A stretch of DNA of 64,000 nt, taken from NCBI GenBank assembly GCA_007376185.1, contig VMFS01000003.1, positions 89,983 through 153,982 of the forward strand. Direction: 5' to 3'. The notes beneath the pieces were generated by a model, which was not told the DNA's origin, did not search any database, and saw only the letters and a list, made by a program, of their open reading frames with translations. The position numbers were made by a program, and so were the translations under genes. The stretch is from Parcubacteria group bacterium Gr01-1014_30 (GTDB lineage Bacteria > Patescibacteriota > Minisyncoccia > Minisyncoccales > 2-12-FULL-40-12). Shown here one piece after another: positions 33,103 to 41,921 of the stretch (position 1 is the stretch's first letter; each line of letters begins with the position of its first letter).

Positions 33103-35121
33103 ATGTATACGTCAATTCGAAACTACGGCATCATAGGTAATTTAAGGTCGGCGGCTTTGATTTCAAAAGATGGCTCCATTGACTGGCGGCCTTTTCCGCA
33201 TTTGGATTCTCCCGCGGTATTTTCAGCCATACTTGACGACGGAAAAGGCGGTTCTTGGAAAATCGCGCCAGAGGGCCCTTACGAATCGGAGCAGGAATAT
33301 TTGGGCAACACCAACATTTTGGTGACAAGATTCCGAACGAAGCAAGGAGTTGCAGAGTTGACCGATTTTATGCCCGCGCAGCCGGGCAGGGAAATGCCAG
33401 AGATTGAAAAAAACGAAATCAGGCGCCGCGTCTCGTGCGTCAAGGGCCTTTGCCGCTTGCTCGTGGAGTTTGCGCCAAGGTTTGACTGGGGACAAGGCGA
33501 GACCAAACTCGTCCGCACGCAACGCGGCTTAAAAGTAGAGAAAGAAGGCCAAGTGAGAGGAGAACTGCTTTCTCCGGGGGAGTACGCAGTTGAAAACAAC
33601 GTGGGCAGAGCGGAATTGGAATTGCGAGAAGGCCAGGTTGTTTATCTCACTTTTCACTACCACGAAGTTGCAGAGCTCGCCTGGCCCCAAGAACATTACG
33701 AATACGAGCTCACCGAAACCAAGAAATTTTGGTCCGACTGGGTTCACCACTGCGAGATTTCAAAGTGTCCTTTTGCCGGGCCCTGGCACGACTTGGTTGT
33801 GAGGTCTTCTCTAATGCTGAAAATTCTTTTTTTTGAACCGCCCGGCTCCATTGCCGCCTCGGCCACCACCTCGCTCCCGGAAACAATAGGCGGCGTCAGA
33901 AACTGGGACTACAGGTTCTCATGGATACGCGACTCTTCTTTTGTTCTGCAGGCGTTGATTTTGCTTGGTTACAAAAACGAGGCGGCAAAGTACCTGGATT
34001 GGCTTTTGAAAAAATGCTGCTCAACTCCGTTAGAAACCTCACAAACAAGTAGGTATTACCACTCTTCAGAGACGAAGTCGGCTTCGCCTTACAAAAAAGA
34101 TACTACCTTTAGGTCTGGTGGGTTTCTAACGGGGTCAACCGACAACGGTTTTGAGCCAAGCAAGTTCCAGGCCTTATACGGCCTAAGAGGCGAAAAAGAC
34201 CTCTCGGAAAAAGTTCTCGCGCATTTGGAGGGATACAAGGGCTCAAAGCCCGTGAGAGTCGGGAACGAGGCGTTTTTGCAGAATCAGTGGGACATTTACG
34301 GTTCTTTGGCAGATACGGTGTGGAGAATGGTTCGCTTGGACCCTTCTTACGAGCTGGAGCCCGAAACCTGGGGAGTTCTTTTGAAACTTGCAGATTACGT
34401 GTGCCAGATTTGGCGAGAGCCCGACGAAAGCTTGTGGGAAATGCGCGACGGCAAAAAACATTTTGTGTATTCCAAAGTAATGTGCTGGGTGGCTTTGGAC
34501 AGAGTTTTGAAAATAGCTGAACGCTATGGGTTCGCTGACCTTCGATCGTCGAGCCGAAGGCGAGACGGGAGAAGAAACTTGTTTCTGCGACCATCTCACG
34601 CCCAGCGCTTCGCTAGGGCCTTTGAAGGAGAAATTAAGCTGTGGTCTGGCGAAATGGAAAAGATTCACAAAGCAGTTATGAAAAGGGGCTGGTCTGAAAA
34701 GAAGCGCGCCTTTGCGCAGGCCTTTGATTCAGACGACATTGACGCTTCGGTTTTGCTTCTGCCAGCCATGGGTTTTATACAGGGAACTGACGAGCGTATG
34801 ATTTCCACCATTGAAGCGGTTCAAAAAGAGCTGTCAGCTGGCAACGGCTTGCTCTTTCGCTACAAAACACCGGATGGGCTTCCGGGGCAGGAAGGCGCTT
34901 TTTTGCTTTGTTCTTTCTGGCTTGTTGACGCTTTGGCTTTTGCCGGAAAAAGAGAACTCGCCTTAAAAAATCTTGAAAGCGTGGCAAAAATGGCCAACCA
35001 CTTGGGTTTGTATTCTGAAGAAATTGACCCCAAAACAATGGAGTTTTTGGGAAACTTCCCTCAGGCCTACACGCACATTGGCTTAATCAACAGCGTTTTC
35101 TACCTGTCCGGCGCGAGATAA
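33103..35121 (+). CDS. Glycoside hydrolase family 15 (glucoamylase/trehalase-like)
   Basis: YGIIGNLRSAALISKDGSIDW N-terminus. RNWDYRFSWIRDSSF. (alpha/alpha)6 C-terminal motifs. Confidence 0.85.
   Translation: MYTSIRNYGIIGNLRSAALISKDGSIDWRPFPHLDSPAVFSAILDDGKGGSWKIAPEGPYESEQEYLGNTNILVTRFRTKQGVAELTDFMPAQPGREMPEIEKNEIRRRVSCVKGLCRLLVEFAPRFDWGQGETKLVRTQRGLKVEKEGQVRGELLSPGEYAVENNVGRAELELREGQVVYLTFHYHEVAELAWPQEHYEYELTETKKFWSDWVHHCEISKCPFAGPWHDLVVRSSLMLKILFFEPPGSIAASATTSLPETIGGVRNWDYRFSWIRDSSFVLQALILLGYKNEAAKYLDWLLKKCCSTPLETSQTSRYYHSSETKSASPYKKDTTFRSGGFLTGSTDNGFEPSKFQALYGLRGEKDLSEKVLAHLEGYKGSKPVRVGNEAFLQNQWDIYGSLADTVWRMVRLDPSYELEPETWGVLLKLADYVCQIWREPDESLWEMRDGKKHFVYSKVMCWVALDRVLKIAERYGFADLRSSSRRRDGRRNLFLRPSHAQRFARAFEGEIKLWSGEMEKIHKAVMKRGWSEKKRAFAQAFDSDDIDASVLLLPAMGFIQGTDERMISTIEAVQKELSAGNGLLFRYKTPDGLPGQEGAFLLCSFWLVDALAFAGKRELALKNLESVAKMANHLGLYSEEIDPKTMEFLGNFPQAYTHIGLINSVFYLSGAR
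34025..34134. repeat. Palindromic element, family 1, inside the GH15 CDS
   Basis: CTCCGTTAGAAACC...GGTTTCTAACGGGG. TCAA on both flanks (34021-34024, 34135-34138). GGCTTCGCC centre. Confidence 0.7.
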
Positions 35122-35138
35122 AAGGTATATAGTAAACT

Positions 35139-35891
35139 ATGGAACCAATATCTTTAGCTTTTATAAGCGCGGCATTGATTACTTTTATTTCTTTTGTTGC
35201 TGCGCCACTTTTACTGCTGAGAGACCATGTCCTGCGCTCCCTATCGGTGTTCTTGGTGGCATTGGCTGCCTCGGCGCTTCTGGGCACTGCTTTCCTGCAC
35301 ATTCTTCCCGAAGTAATGGAACAAGAGCTTGAGGAACTGGTTTTCTTGTGGGCCATTTTCGGTTTTGTTTTTTTCTATGTTGCGGAAAAACTTTTGCACC
35401 TTCATCACGTTACTGAGATAGAAGGGGAAGAAAAAGAGCACACGCCCCGAGAACTTGGCATTTTGGGGCTCCTAGGCGACTTTTTGCACAATTTTATTGA
35501 CGGCGTAATACTTGCTGCGGCTTTCTTGGTTGACATTCAATTAGGTTTTGTTACCGCCATAGCCATCGCTTTGCACGAAATTCCCCAAGAGATTGCCGTA
35601 TTCGGCGTACTGGTTTACTCGGGGTTTTCCAAACTGAAATCGTTGATTCTAAACTTTCTTTCTCAAACGTCCATTATTTTGGGAGTGCTCCTTGTGGCGC
35701 TGACAGGAGAGGTTGTTGAGTCGCGCATAGCTTCCGTTCTTTTGTTCGCGGTGGGTTCTTTTGTCTACTTGGGAGCCGCCGACTTTGTGCCCGAGTTCAG
35801 AAGGGAGCGAGACCCCAGAAAGAGCTTAAATCTCTTTTTGGTGTTTCTCGTTGGTCTTGTTTTAGTTTGGCTCGTTGGACTTTTGGAATAA
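35139..35891 (+). CDS. ZIP-family metal (zinc) transporter
   Basis: HNFIDGV and HEIPQEIAVFGVL motifs. About 8 TM helices. Confidence 0.85.
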   Translation: MEPISLAFISAALITFISFVAAPLLLLRDHVLRSLSVFLVALAASALLGTAFLHILPEVMEQELEELVFLWAIFGFVFFYVAEKLLHLHHVTEIEGEEKEHTPRELGILGLLGDFLHNFIDGVILAAAFLVDIQLGFVTAIAIALHEIPQEIAVFGVLVYSGFSKLKSLILNFLSQTSIILGVLLVALTGEVVESRIASVLLFAVGSFVYLGAADFVPEFRRERDPRKSLNLFLVFLVGLVLVWLVGLLE

Positions 35892-35910
35892 GTATGTTAA
35901 GATTTCAGAT

Positions 35911-36153
35911 ATGCAGTTGCACGAATTAAGGCCCCTTCACCGAGGCAAAAAAAGAAAAAGAGTTGGTAGGGGAGGAAAAAGAGGAACTTATTCTGGCAGA
36001 GGGCAGAAAGGGCAAAAGTCGCGAGCAGGCAGGCGGTTAAAGCCGGTTATAAGAGAAATAATCAAAAGATATCCTAAGTTGAGAGGATACAAGTTCAAGG
36101 CAAGAGCGAAGGAGCAAAAGTATGTGGACAGAAAAACTCGTCCAACTGTTTAA
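35911..36153 (+). CDS. rplO: Ribosomal protein uL15, unusually short
   Basis: LHELRP...KKRKRVGRGGKRGTYSGRGQKGQKSRAG N-terminal signature. Position is just before secY. Only 80 aa. Confidence 0.6.
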   Translation: MQLHELRPLHRGKKRKRVGRGGKRGTYSGRGQKGQKSRAGRRLKPVIREIIKRYPKLRGYKFKARAKEQKYVDRKTRPTV

Positions 36154-37399
36154 AATTAAGGAGCTGCGCAACAAAACCCTTTTTGTTTTGGGCGTTTTTG
36201 CGGTTTTCCGTTTAATGGCAAACATTCCGGTGCCGGGCATTGACGTTGGCAATATCAGGGCCTTTTTTGAGCAGTTCCAGCTGTTCGGGCTTTTGAACGT
36301 TTTCACGGGCGGCACTCTTGAAAATCTTTCCATTGTAATGTTGGGTCTTGGCCCTTACATTACGGGAGTCATCATTATGCAGCTTTTAACCATGATTTTT
36401 CCTGCTTTGGAACGGCTTTACAAAGAAGAAGGCGAACAGGGCAGGCAAAAGTTCAACCAGTATGGCAGAATTTTGGCAGTTCCTTTGGCTTTGGTTCAAG
36501 GATACGGCATGCTCGCTTTGTTTCAGCGAGAAGGAGTAATTTCAGCTCTTGCGCCACAGGAACTTCTGACTTCTCTTTTGACAATTACGGCGGGGTGCGT
36601 GTTTTTGATGTGGCTTGGGGAGCTTATTACCGAGAAAGGCATAGGGAATGGCGTGTCTTTGTTGATTTTTGCAGGCATTGTGGCTGGCGTGCCGTCTGCC
36701 ATACGCCAGCTTGCCGTTACTTTTGACCCTTCGCAAATTCCCACGTATCTTTTGTTTTTCGTAATGTCTTTAGCCATCATTGCCGGCGTCGTTCTGATTA
36801 ACGAAGGCCGCAGAAACATTCCGGTTTCATACGCCAAGAGAGTCAGGGGTCAAAGAATGTTCGGGGGCGTTTCAACTTATCTGCCTTTGAACGTTAATCC
36901 AGCCGGCGTCATTCCCATAATTTTCGCTTTGTCGCTTATACTTTTGCCGTCAATGTTCGCCAGTTTTCTTGGGGGAGCGGGCGGCATTGTTGGAGTTATT
37001 TTTCAAAGCATAACTCGCGCCTTTGAGAACCCCTGGTTTTACGGCTCTTTGTTTTTCCTTATGGTTGTCATCTTCACTTATTTTTACACGGCCGTCACCT
37101 TTGACCCTAAAGCCATAGCCAGCAACTTGCAGAAAATGGGCGGGTTTATTCCTGGTATCAGGCCGGGCGAGTCAACTGCAAGTTTTATGTATTACATCTT
37201 AAACAGGGTTTTGCTCGTCGGAGCCATATTCTTGGGGTTGATAGCGGTTATGCCTTCAATTATCGGGGGAATTACCGGAGTTCAGGTTTTTCAGTTCTTG
37301 ATAGGAGGCACTTCTTTGCTGATTGTGGTTTCCGTGGTTCTGGAAACCATGCGTCAAATCAAAGCCCAGCTGCAAATGCGTGAATATGAGACCTTCTAA
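36122..37399 (+). CDS. secY: Preprotein translocase subunit SecY
   Basis: 425 aa with 10 TM helices. Conserved SecY blocks (GIGNGVSLLIF, NPAGVIPIIFA). Confidence 0.95.
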   Translation: MWTEKLVQLFKIKELRNKTLFVLGVFAVFRLMANIPVPGIDVGNIRAFFEQFQLFGLLNVFTGGTLENLSIVMLGLGPYITGVIIMQLLTMIFPALERLYKEEGEQGRQKFNQYGRILAVPLALVQGYGMLALFQREGVISALAPQELLTSLLTITAGCVFLMWLGELITEKGIGNGVSLLIFAGIVAGVPSAIRQLAVTFDPSQIPTYLLFFVMSLAIIAGVVLINEGRRNIPVSYAKRVRGQRMFGGVSTYLPLNVNPAGVIPIIFALSLILLPSMFASFLGGAGGIVGVIFQSITRAFENPWFYGSLFFLMVVIFTYFYTAVTFDPKAIASNLQKMGGFIPGIRPGESTASFMYYILNRVLLVGAIFLGLIAVMPSIIGGITGVQVFQFLIGGTSLLIVVSVVLETMRQIKAQLQMREYETF

Positions 37400-37970
37400 A
37401 AAGCCGCTGGTTGGGATTTTTTTAGGCAGATCGGGTTCTGGGAAGGGTACTCAAGTTAAGCTTTTGAAAAAGAAGTTGGGGCTTGACTACATTAGTTCTG
37501 GCAAGCTTTTGCGGCGCCGAAAAAAAATAAAGGACTTCACCGGCAAAAAACTCCAAAAAGTGCTTGACAGGGGCGGTTTGGTTCCCACACCAGTTGTTTT
37601 TAAGTTGTGGCTGGATAGGTTTGAGAAATTAAAAAAGAAAAAAAATTTCAAAGGGTTCATTTATGAAGGCAGTCCCAGAAAAATCTTTGAAGCTTATTTG
37701 ATGGATGAAGCGTTGGGGTGGTATGAATGGAACAAAAAATTAAAAGTTATTTTGATTGACATTTCGGAAAAAGAGGCGATTGCGCGTTTGACCAAGCGAG
37801 GCAGGGAAGACGACAAAATTTCCGCTATTAAAAGCAGATTATCCTGGTTTCAAACCAACGTTGTGCCGGTGATAAACTTCTACCGCAAAACCGGAAGGCT
37901 GATAAAAATAAACGGCGAGCAGACAGTTGAAAACGTTTTCAAAGACATCCTAAAAGCTCTCGGAAGATGA
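37386..37970 (+). CDS. adk: Adenylate kinase-like nucleoside monophosphate kinase
   Basis: P-loop GRSGSGKGTQ. Position secY-adk-map. ATG 37386 overlaps the secY end. Confidence 0.75.
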   Translation: MRPSKKPLVGIFLGRSGSGKGTQVKLLKKKLGLDYISSGKLLRRRKKIKDFTGKKLQKVLDRGGLVPTPVVFKLWLDRFEKLKKKKNFKGFIYEGSPRKIFEAYLMDEALGWYEWNKKLKVILIDISEKEAIARLTKRGREDDKISAIKSRLSWFQTNVVPVINFYRKTGRLIKINGEQTVENVFKDILKALGR

Positions 37971-38710
37971 TTCCTCTCAAGACCCCCGAAGAAATTAAAA
38001 TAATGGCTGAAGGGGGCAGGATTTTGGCGGGCATTATGAAAGAACTGGTAGGGGAAGTTGGGCTTGGAGTCGTTACCAAGAACTTGGAAGAAAAAGCTCA
38101 AGACTTGATTTCTAAAGCGGGCGCCAAAAGCAACTTTTTAGGATACGACGGATTTCCTTCCTGCCTATGTGCTTCTGTCAATGACGAAATCGTGCACTGC
38201 GCTCCTTCAGACAGGTTGTTGAAAGAAGGCGACATTGTTTCTATTGATTTGGGAATTTTGTGGCAAGGTTTCCACGCAGATATGGCTATTACTATGCCCA
38301 TTGGGAAAGTTTCCGCGGAAGCTGCAAGATTGATAAGGGTTGCCAAGAAGTCGCTGAAAAGGGGAATAAAAAAAGCCAAAGTTGGCAACACTTTCGGGGA
38401 CGTTGGCAATACGATTCAAAGATACGTTGAGAGTCAGGGTTTTGGAGTTGTTAGGGAACTAACAGGCCATGGCATAGGCAGAGAGTTGCACGAGGAACCG
38501 AAAGTATTGAATTACGGAAAAAGAAGGGAGGGCGAAAAAATAAAGGAGGGAATGGTTTTTTGCATAGAGCCCATGATTACGGCAGGGGATTGGAAACTTA
38601 AAAAAACCGACAACCATTGTTTTGCCACTGAGGACGGCTCGCTGTCTGCCCACTTTGAGCATATGGTGGCCATAACAAAAAACGGGCCCCTGGTCTTGAC
38701 AAATTTATAG
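37967..38710 (+). CDS. map: Methionine aminopeptidase type I
   Basis: Metal ligands in DIVSIDLG, HGIGRELHEEP and FCIEPM. Confidence 0.9.
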   Translation: MIPLKTPEEIKIMAEGGRILAGIMKELVGEVGLGVVTKNLEEKAQDLISKAGAKSNFLGYDGFPSCLCASVNDEIVHCAPSDRLLKEGDIVSIDLGILWQGFHADMAITMPIGKVSAEAARLIRVAKKSLKRGIKKAKVGNTFGDVGNTIQRYVESQGFGVVRELTGHGIGRELHEEPKVLNYGKRREGEKIKEGMVFCIEPMITAGDWKLKKTDNHCFATEDGSLSAHFEHMVAITKNGPLVLTNL

Positions 38711-38724
38711 AGAGATGTTAAAAT
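38696..38724 (+). promoter_or_regulatory. Cassette C promoter (overlaps the last codons of map)
   Basis: TTGACA (38696-38701), 17-nt spacer, TAAAAT (38719-38724). Confidence 0.55.
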
Positions 38725-38729
38725 AGGGG

Positions 38730-38891
38730 CATAGAGTGGCACTTTGACAACATATTTTTACTACTTGCGAGCAGTCGCCATAGCACATAGAGCGTTAGTT
38801 GATAGGCGCTTTATGTGCTGTGGCGAAAACAGGTCAGCTGCGATTCGCATAGTGCGTACGCGGTCAGCCGGTCATGGCGATGGAGGCCATC
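38730..38891 (+). promoter_or_regulatory. Cassette C conserved structured leader
   Basis: CATAGAGTGGCACTTTGACAAC...TACTACTTGC (38759-38768). GTCGCCATAGC (38774-38784) pairs with GCTGTGGCGA (38817-38826). GGAGG at 38882-38886. Confidence 0.6.
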
Positions 38892-39533
38892 ATGGCCAAC
38901 ATAACGGTAAGCGCGGAACAGAGACTCGAACTCGCTATGTCGCTCTTGAGGAACGCTGACTGGTCGCGACTCACGCCGGAATCGGTCCAAGTCGTGATCG
39001 ACGCCGCACCGAAGAGCGCGGGCAGGGAATTCACTTACTTCGTGGAAAACGGCGGGTGGGTCCAGGTTGGCGACTTCTTCCGCGAAACGGGAGAACTTGC
39101 GATCCAGATTCCGGCTTTGCCGCGCCTGAAACTCGCGGAACTCCGGGAGAAGTTCCTTTGGATCCGCGAGGAAGAGGGCATCGAGCGCGACGTCTCGCCG
39201 ACCGAGGCGGTAACGCTCCGGCTCGGCACCGTGCTCCGCGCCGACGAGGAATCGCTTGACGGCAAAGAGTACAAGCGCAGGCGCGCCTCGCTCACAGGTC
39301 TCCACGGCTACCAGCAGGCGGCCTGGTTCGTGGAACACCAGGACGAGTTCCCCGAACTCATGACCCTTCTCGGGAAGATATACATTGACTTCCCGGGGCT
39401 GGTCGTGGTGAGCGCGGACGGCGACCGGAGCTTCCCGTGTCTGCGTCAGAGCGGCGAGCGCTGGAAGTTGGATTGGGGCTGGGTCGGGGGCGGCTTCAAC
39501 TCCTTCGGGCGTATCGCGTCGTCCGGCAAGTAG
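38892..39533 (+). CDS. GC-rich hypothetical protein, cassette C cargo
   Basis: 213 codons from the ATG 5 nt after GGAGG. Strong G/C third-position bias. The C-terminus ...FPCLRQSGERWKLDW...FGRIASSGK resembles the A and B proteins. Confidence 0.65.
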   Translation: MANITVSAEQRLELAMSLLRNADWSRLTPESVQVVIDAAPKSAGREFTYFVENGGWVQVGDFFRETGELAIQIPALPRLKLAELREKFLWIREEEGIERDVSPTEAVTLRLGTVLRADEESLDGKEYKRRRASLTGLHGYQQAAWFVEHQDEFPELMTLLGKIYIDFPGLVVVSADGDRSFPCLRQSGERWKLDWGWVGGGFNSFGRIASSGK

Positions 39534-39590
39534 TACTTAGGCCTTGTTCCTTGGGTTTTGCGCTCTTGGAACTTGGTCGCACTCATTAAT
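39526..39590 (+). promoter_or_regulatory. Cassette C conserved trailer (stop-codon box plus imperfect hairpin)
   Basis: GCAAGTAGTA (39526-39535) is complementary to 38759-38768. The hairpin is near-identical to 14180-14222. Confidence 0.55.
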
Positions 39591-39632
39591 GGGGCTGTGT
39601 CTGTTCGTTAGACCGGTCCCTTTCTTTTTGTC
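39591..39632 (+). terminator. Cassette C hairpin terminator
   Basis: GGGGCTGTGTCT-GTTCGTT-AGACCGGTCCC followed by a T-run. Confidence 0.65.
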
Positions 39633-39718
39633 CTTGTTTTGAAAAATTATCTATTGTAAAATTTTTAGTGTAATTAAGGACATCGCAAGTCCTTAGATTA
39701 ACACTCTTATTCTAAAGT

Positions 39719-39970
39719 GTGGCCAGAGAGAACATTGAAATCCACCCAAATAAAATCTTCACCAAAACCCTTGCTTCTGGCGTTGACTTCCTGGGTTGGG
39801 TTCATTTTCCTGGCCACAGAGTTTTAAGAACGGCTACAAAATGGAGAATGTTAAAGAGAATAAGAAAATCGCCAACTTCCGGAACTCTAAACTCTTATCT
39901 TGGTTTAATGAAGTGGGGAAACACTTATAAGTTGAGGACTGAACTTTTAGCAAAGAAAATTGTTAGCTGA
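39719..39970 (+). pseudogene. Reverse transcriptase C-terminal remnant (about the last 80 aa only)
   Basis: IHPNKIF...ASGVDFLGWVHFPGHRVLR...NSYLGLMKWGNTYKLR matches the segment after YxDD of group-II/DGR/retron-like RTs. No RT domains 1-5 lie upstream. Confidence 0.55.
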
Positions 39971-40015
39971 ACGCCCCGTTTTATTTTAGGGAAATTTGTG
40001 ATAAAATAGCAAAAT

Positions 40016-40732
40016 ATGTATCTTTCAGTAATTATCCCGACTTACAACGAGGAAAAGCGGATTACGAGGACTTTGGCGGAAATTGATAAATATTTGCGCG
40101 GGCAAAATTACGATTCAGAAATCATTGTTGTTGACGGCGGCTCAAAGGACAGGACAAGAGAAGTTGTTAGAGAAAGACAAAGCGAAATTAAAAATCTAAA
40201 ACTTCTTGAAATTATCGCTTTAGGCAAGGGCCACGCCGTCAAGGAAGGAATGTTAGCGGCTCAAGGCGACTTCCGGCTTTTCACCGATGCTGACAACTCA
40301 ACGTCAATTAACCAAGTTGAAAATTTGCTCAAAGAATTTGAGCAGGGCTACGACATAGTTATTGGTTCAAGAGATGTTAAGGGAGCTGTTTTGGACCCTC
40401 CACAGCCAGCTTTTAGAAGATTTGTCGGTTGGGTATTTAAAGTTTACAGAAAAATTGTTTTGGGGCTTTGGGATATTCAGGATACTCAATGCGGCTTCAA
40501 AGGTTTTTCCGCCAAAGCGGCCAGCGATATATTTCCAAGAGCGAAAATTACAGCTTTCGCTTTTGACCCGGAAATTTTGTTGATAGGCCGTAAGTTTGGA
40601 TATAAAATAAAGGAAGTTCCCGTGCATTGGAAGAACGATTTGGAAAGCACGGTGAATTTCAAAAGCATGATAAAAATGGCTTTAGATTTATTAAAGATTA
40701 GATGGAATATTATCAGTCATAAATATGGATGA
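40016..40732 (+). CDS. Family 2 glycosyltransferase (polyprenyl-phosphate sugar transferase-like)
   Basis: LSVIIPTYNEE start, DGGSKD, and the DADNS (DxD) motif. Confidence 0.85.
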   Translation: MYLSVIIPTYNEEKRITRTLAEIDKYLRGQNYDSEIIVVDGGSKDRTREVVRERQSEIKNLKLLEIIALGKGHAVKEGMLAAQGDFRLFTDADNSTSINQVENLLKEFEQGYDIVIGSRDVKGAVLDPPQPAFRRFVGWVFKVYRKIVLGLWDIQDTQCGFKGFSAKAASDIFPRAKITAFAFDPEILLIGRKFGYKIKEVPVHWKNDLESTVNFKSMIKMALDLLKIRWNIISHKYG

Positions 40733-41735
40733 AAGCGAAAAGCGAAAAACGAAAAGCGTAAAACATAAGTTTCCCTCGGAGTTAAGGTTTGACCTAATCA
40801 GCAAAGATTGGGTTGTTATTGCCACGGGCAGAGCCCGCAGGCCCGAAACCTTCAAAAAAGAAAAGAGGGTAAAAGAAGAAATCCCAAAAAAGGAGTGTCC
40901 TTTTTGCAATATTGGAAAGGATGAGAAACCGACTCTTGTGCTGTCAAACACAATTGTCTTGCCCAACAAATATCCAGCTTTCACTCCCCATGCTGAATTG
41001 CACAAAAGGGTTGAGGGTAAGTTTTACCAGACAGTTAACGCAGTCGGTTTTCACGAAGTGGTTGTCACAAGAGACCACAAAAAATCACTGGCCCAACTTT
41101 CCACGGCGCAAGTAAAAGAAGTCATGGACGCTTATCACCAAAGGTACTTAGAACTAAAAAAAGAAAAGTTCGTGCATTACGTTTCTATTTTTCACAATCA
41201 CGGAAAAGAAGCAGGCGCTTCAATTTCCCACCCTCATTCCCAAATCATCACCACTCCTTTGGTCGATACAGACCTGAGGAAAGCTCTGGCAAATTCCGGC
41301 AAATATTTCATAAAAACCGGCAAATGCATTTACTGCGAGATGAATATCTGGGAGCGCAGAGTTAAAAAAAGAGTTGTTTTTGAGAATGAAGAGTTTCAGG
41401 TTATATGCCCTTTTGCGTCAAAGGCGGCTTTTGAGATGATTATTTCTCCGAAAAAACACATGGCTTACTTTGAAGACATAACCGAAAACGAAAAATGGCA
41501 GTTGGCCGATACTTTCAGGCAAGCGCTGCACAAACTCTACAAAGCTCTAGCTGACCCCTCTTACAATTTTTATCTTCACACGGCTCCCTGCGACGCGAGA
41601 ACCTGCTCTTATTACCACTGGCATTGGACAATAGTGCCCAAAACCGCCACTTGGGCCGGATTTGAAATAGGCACTAGAATTGAAATTTCAACGATTGAAC
41701 CAGAAAGAGCAGCGGAGTACCTTAGGAAACAATAA
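40725..41735 (+). CDS. galT: Galactose-1-phosphate uridylyltransferase
   Basis: CPFC zinc site. Active-site SHPHSQI (HxHxQ). Confidence 0.85.
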   Translation: MDESEKRKTKSVKHKFPSELRFDLISKDWVVIATGRARRPETFKKEKRVKEEIPKKECPFCNIGKDEKPTLVLSNTIVLPNKYPAFTPHAELHKRVEGKFYQTVNAVGFHEVVVTRDHKKSLAQLSTAQVKEVMDAYHQRYLELKKEKFVHYVSIFHNHGKEAGASISHPHSQIITTPLVDTDLRKALANSGKYFIKTGKCIYCEMNIWERRVKKRVVFENEEFQVICPFASKAAFEMIISPKKHMAYFEDITENEKWQLADTFRQALHKLYKALADPSYNFYLHTAPCDARTCSYYHWHWTIVPKTATWAGFEIGTRIEISTIEPERAAEYLRKQ

Positions 41736-41921
41736 GCAACGCTCGCCCCATCCTGATTCGGGGAGCACGCAGTCGGCTAAAAGAGGTAAATTATATAACT
41801 GGCTCGCGCCGCTGCTATCTCTCGCCCCGCCTCACATACTTCTAGATAACACATACTCTGTGGCAAGCGGGGCTGCGAGGTGCACCCCGAACAGGACGTG
41901 GCTCGCTCTAAAAATTACAAC

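Noticed and set aside
38733-38750. TGGCAC in the cassette C leader as a sigma-54 -24 element, linked to the activator at 26654-27700.
   Set aside because: The downstream -12 TTGC is missing (TGGCAC-TTTGA-CAAC). The G of TGGCAC is not conserved in cassettes A and B.
38811-39338. Minus-strand 175-aa ORF and other overlapping ORFs (39035-39295, 39056-39259) in cassette C.
   Set aside because: The same GC artefact applies. They have no RBS, and they lie antisense or out of frame to the ORF that aligns with the cassette A and B proteins.
38892-39970. Cassette C plus the RT fragment as a diversity-generating retroelement (target gene with a C-terminal VR, a TR, and an RT).
   Set aside because: - I found no template/variable repeat pair differing at adenines.
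- The short resemblance between 39466-39495 and the trailer involves T/G rather than A differences.
- The RT is only a C-terminal remnant.
- I keep it as a possible historical link, not as a DGR call.
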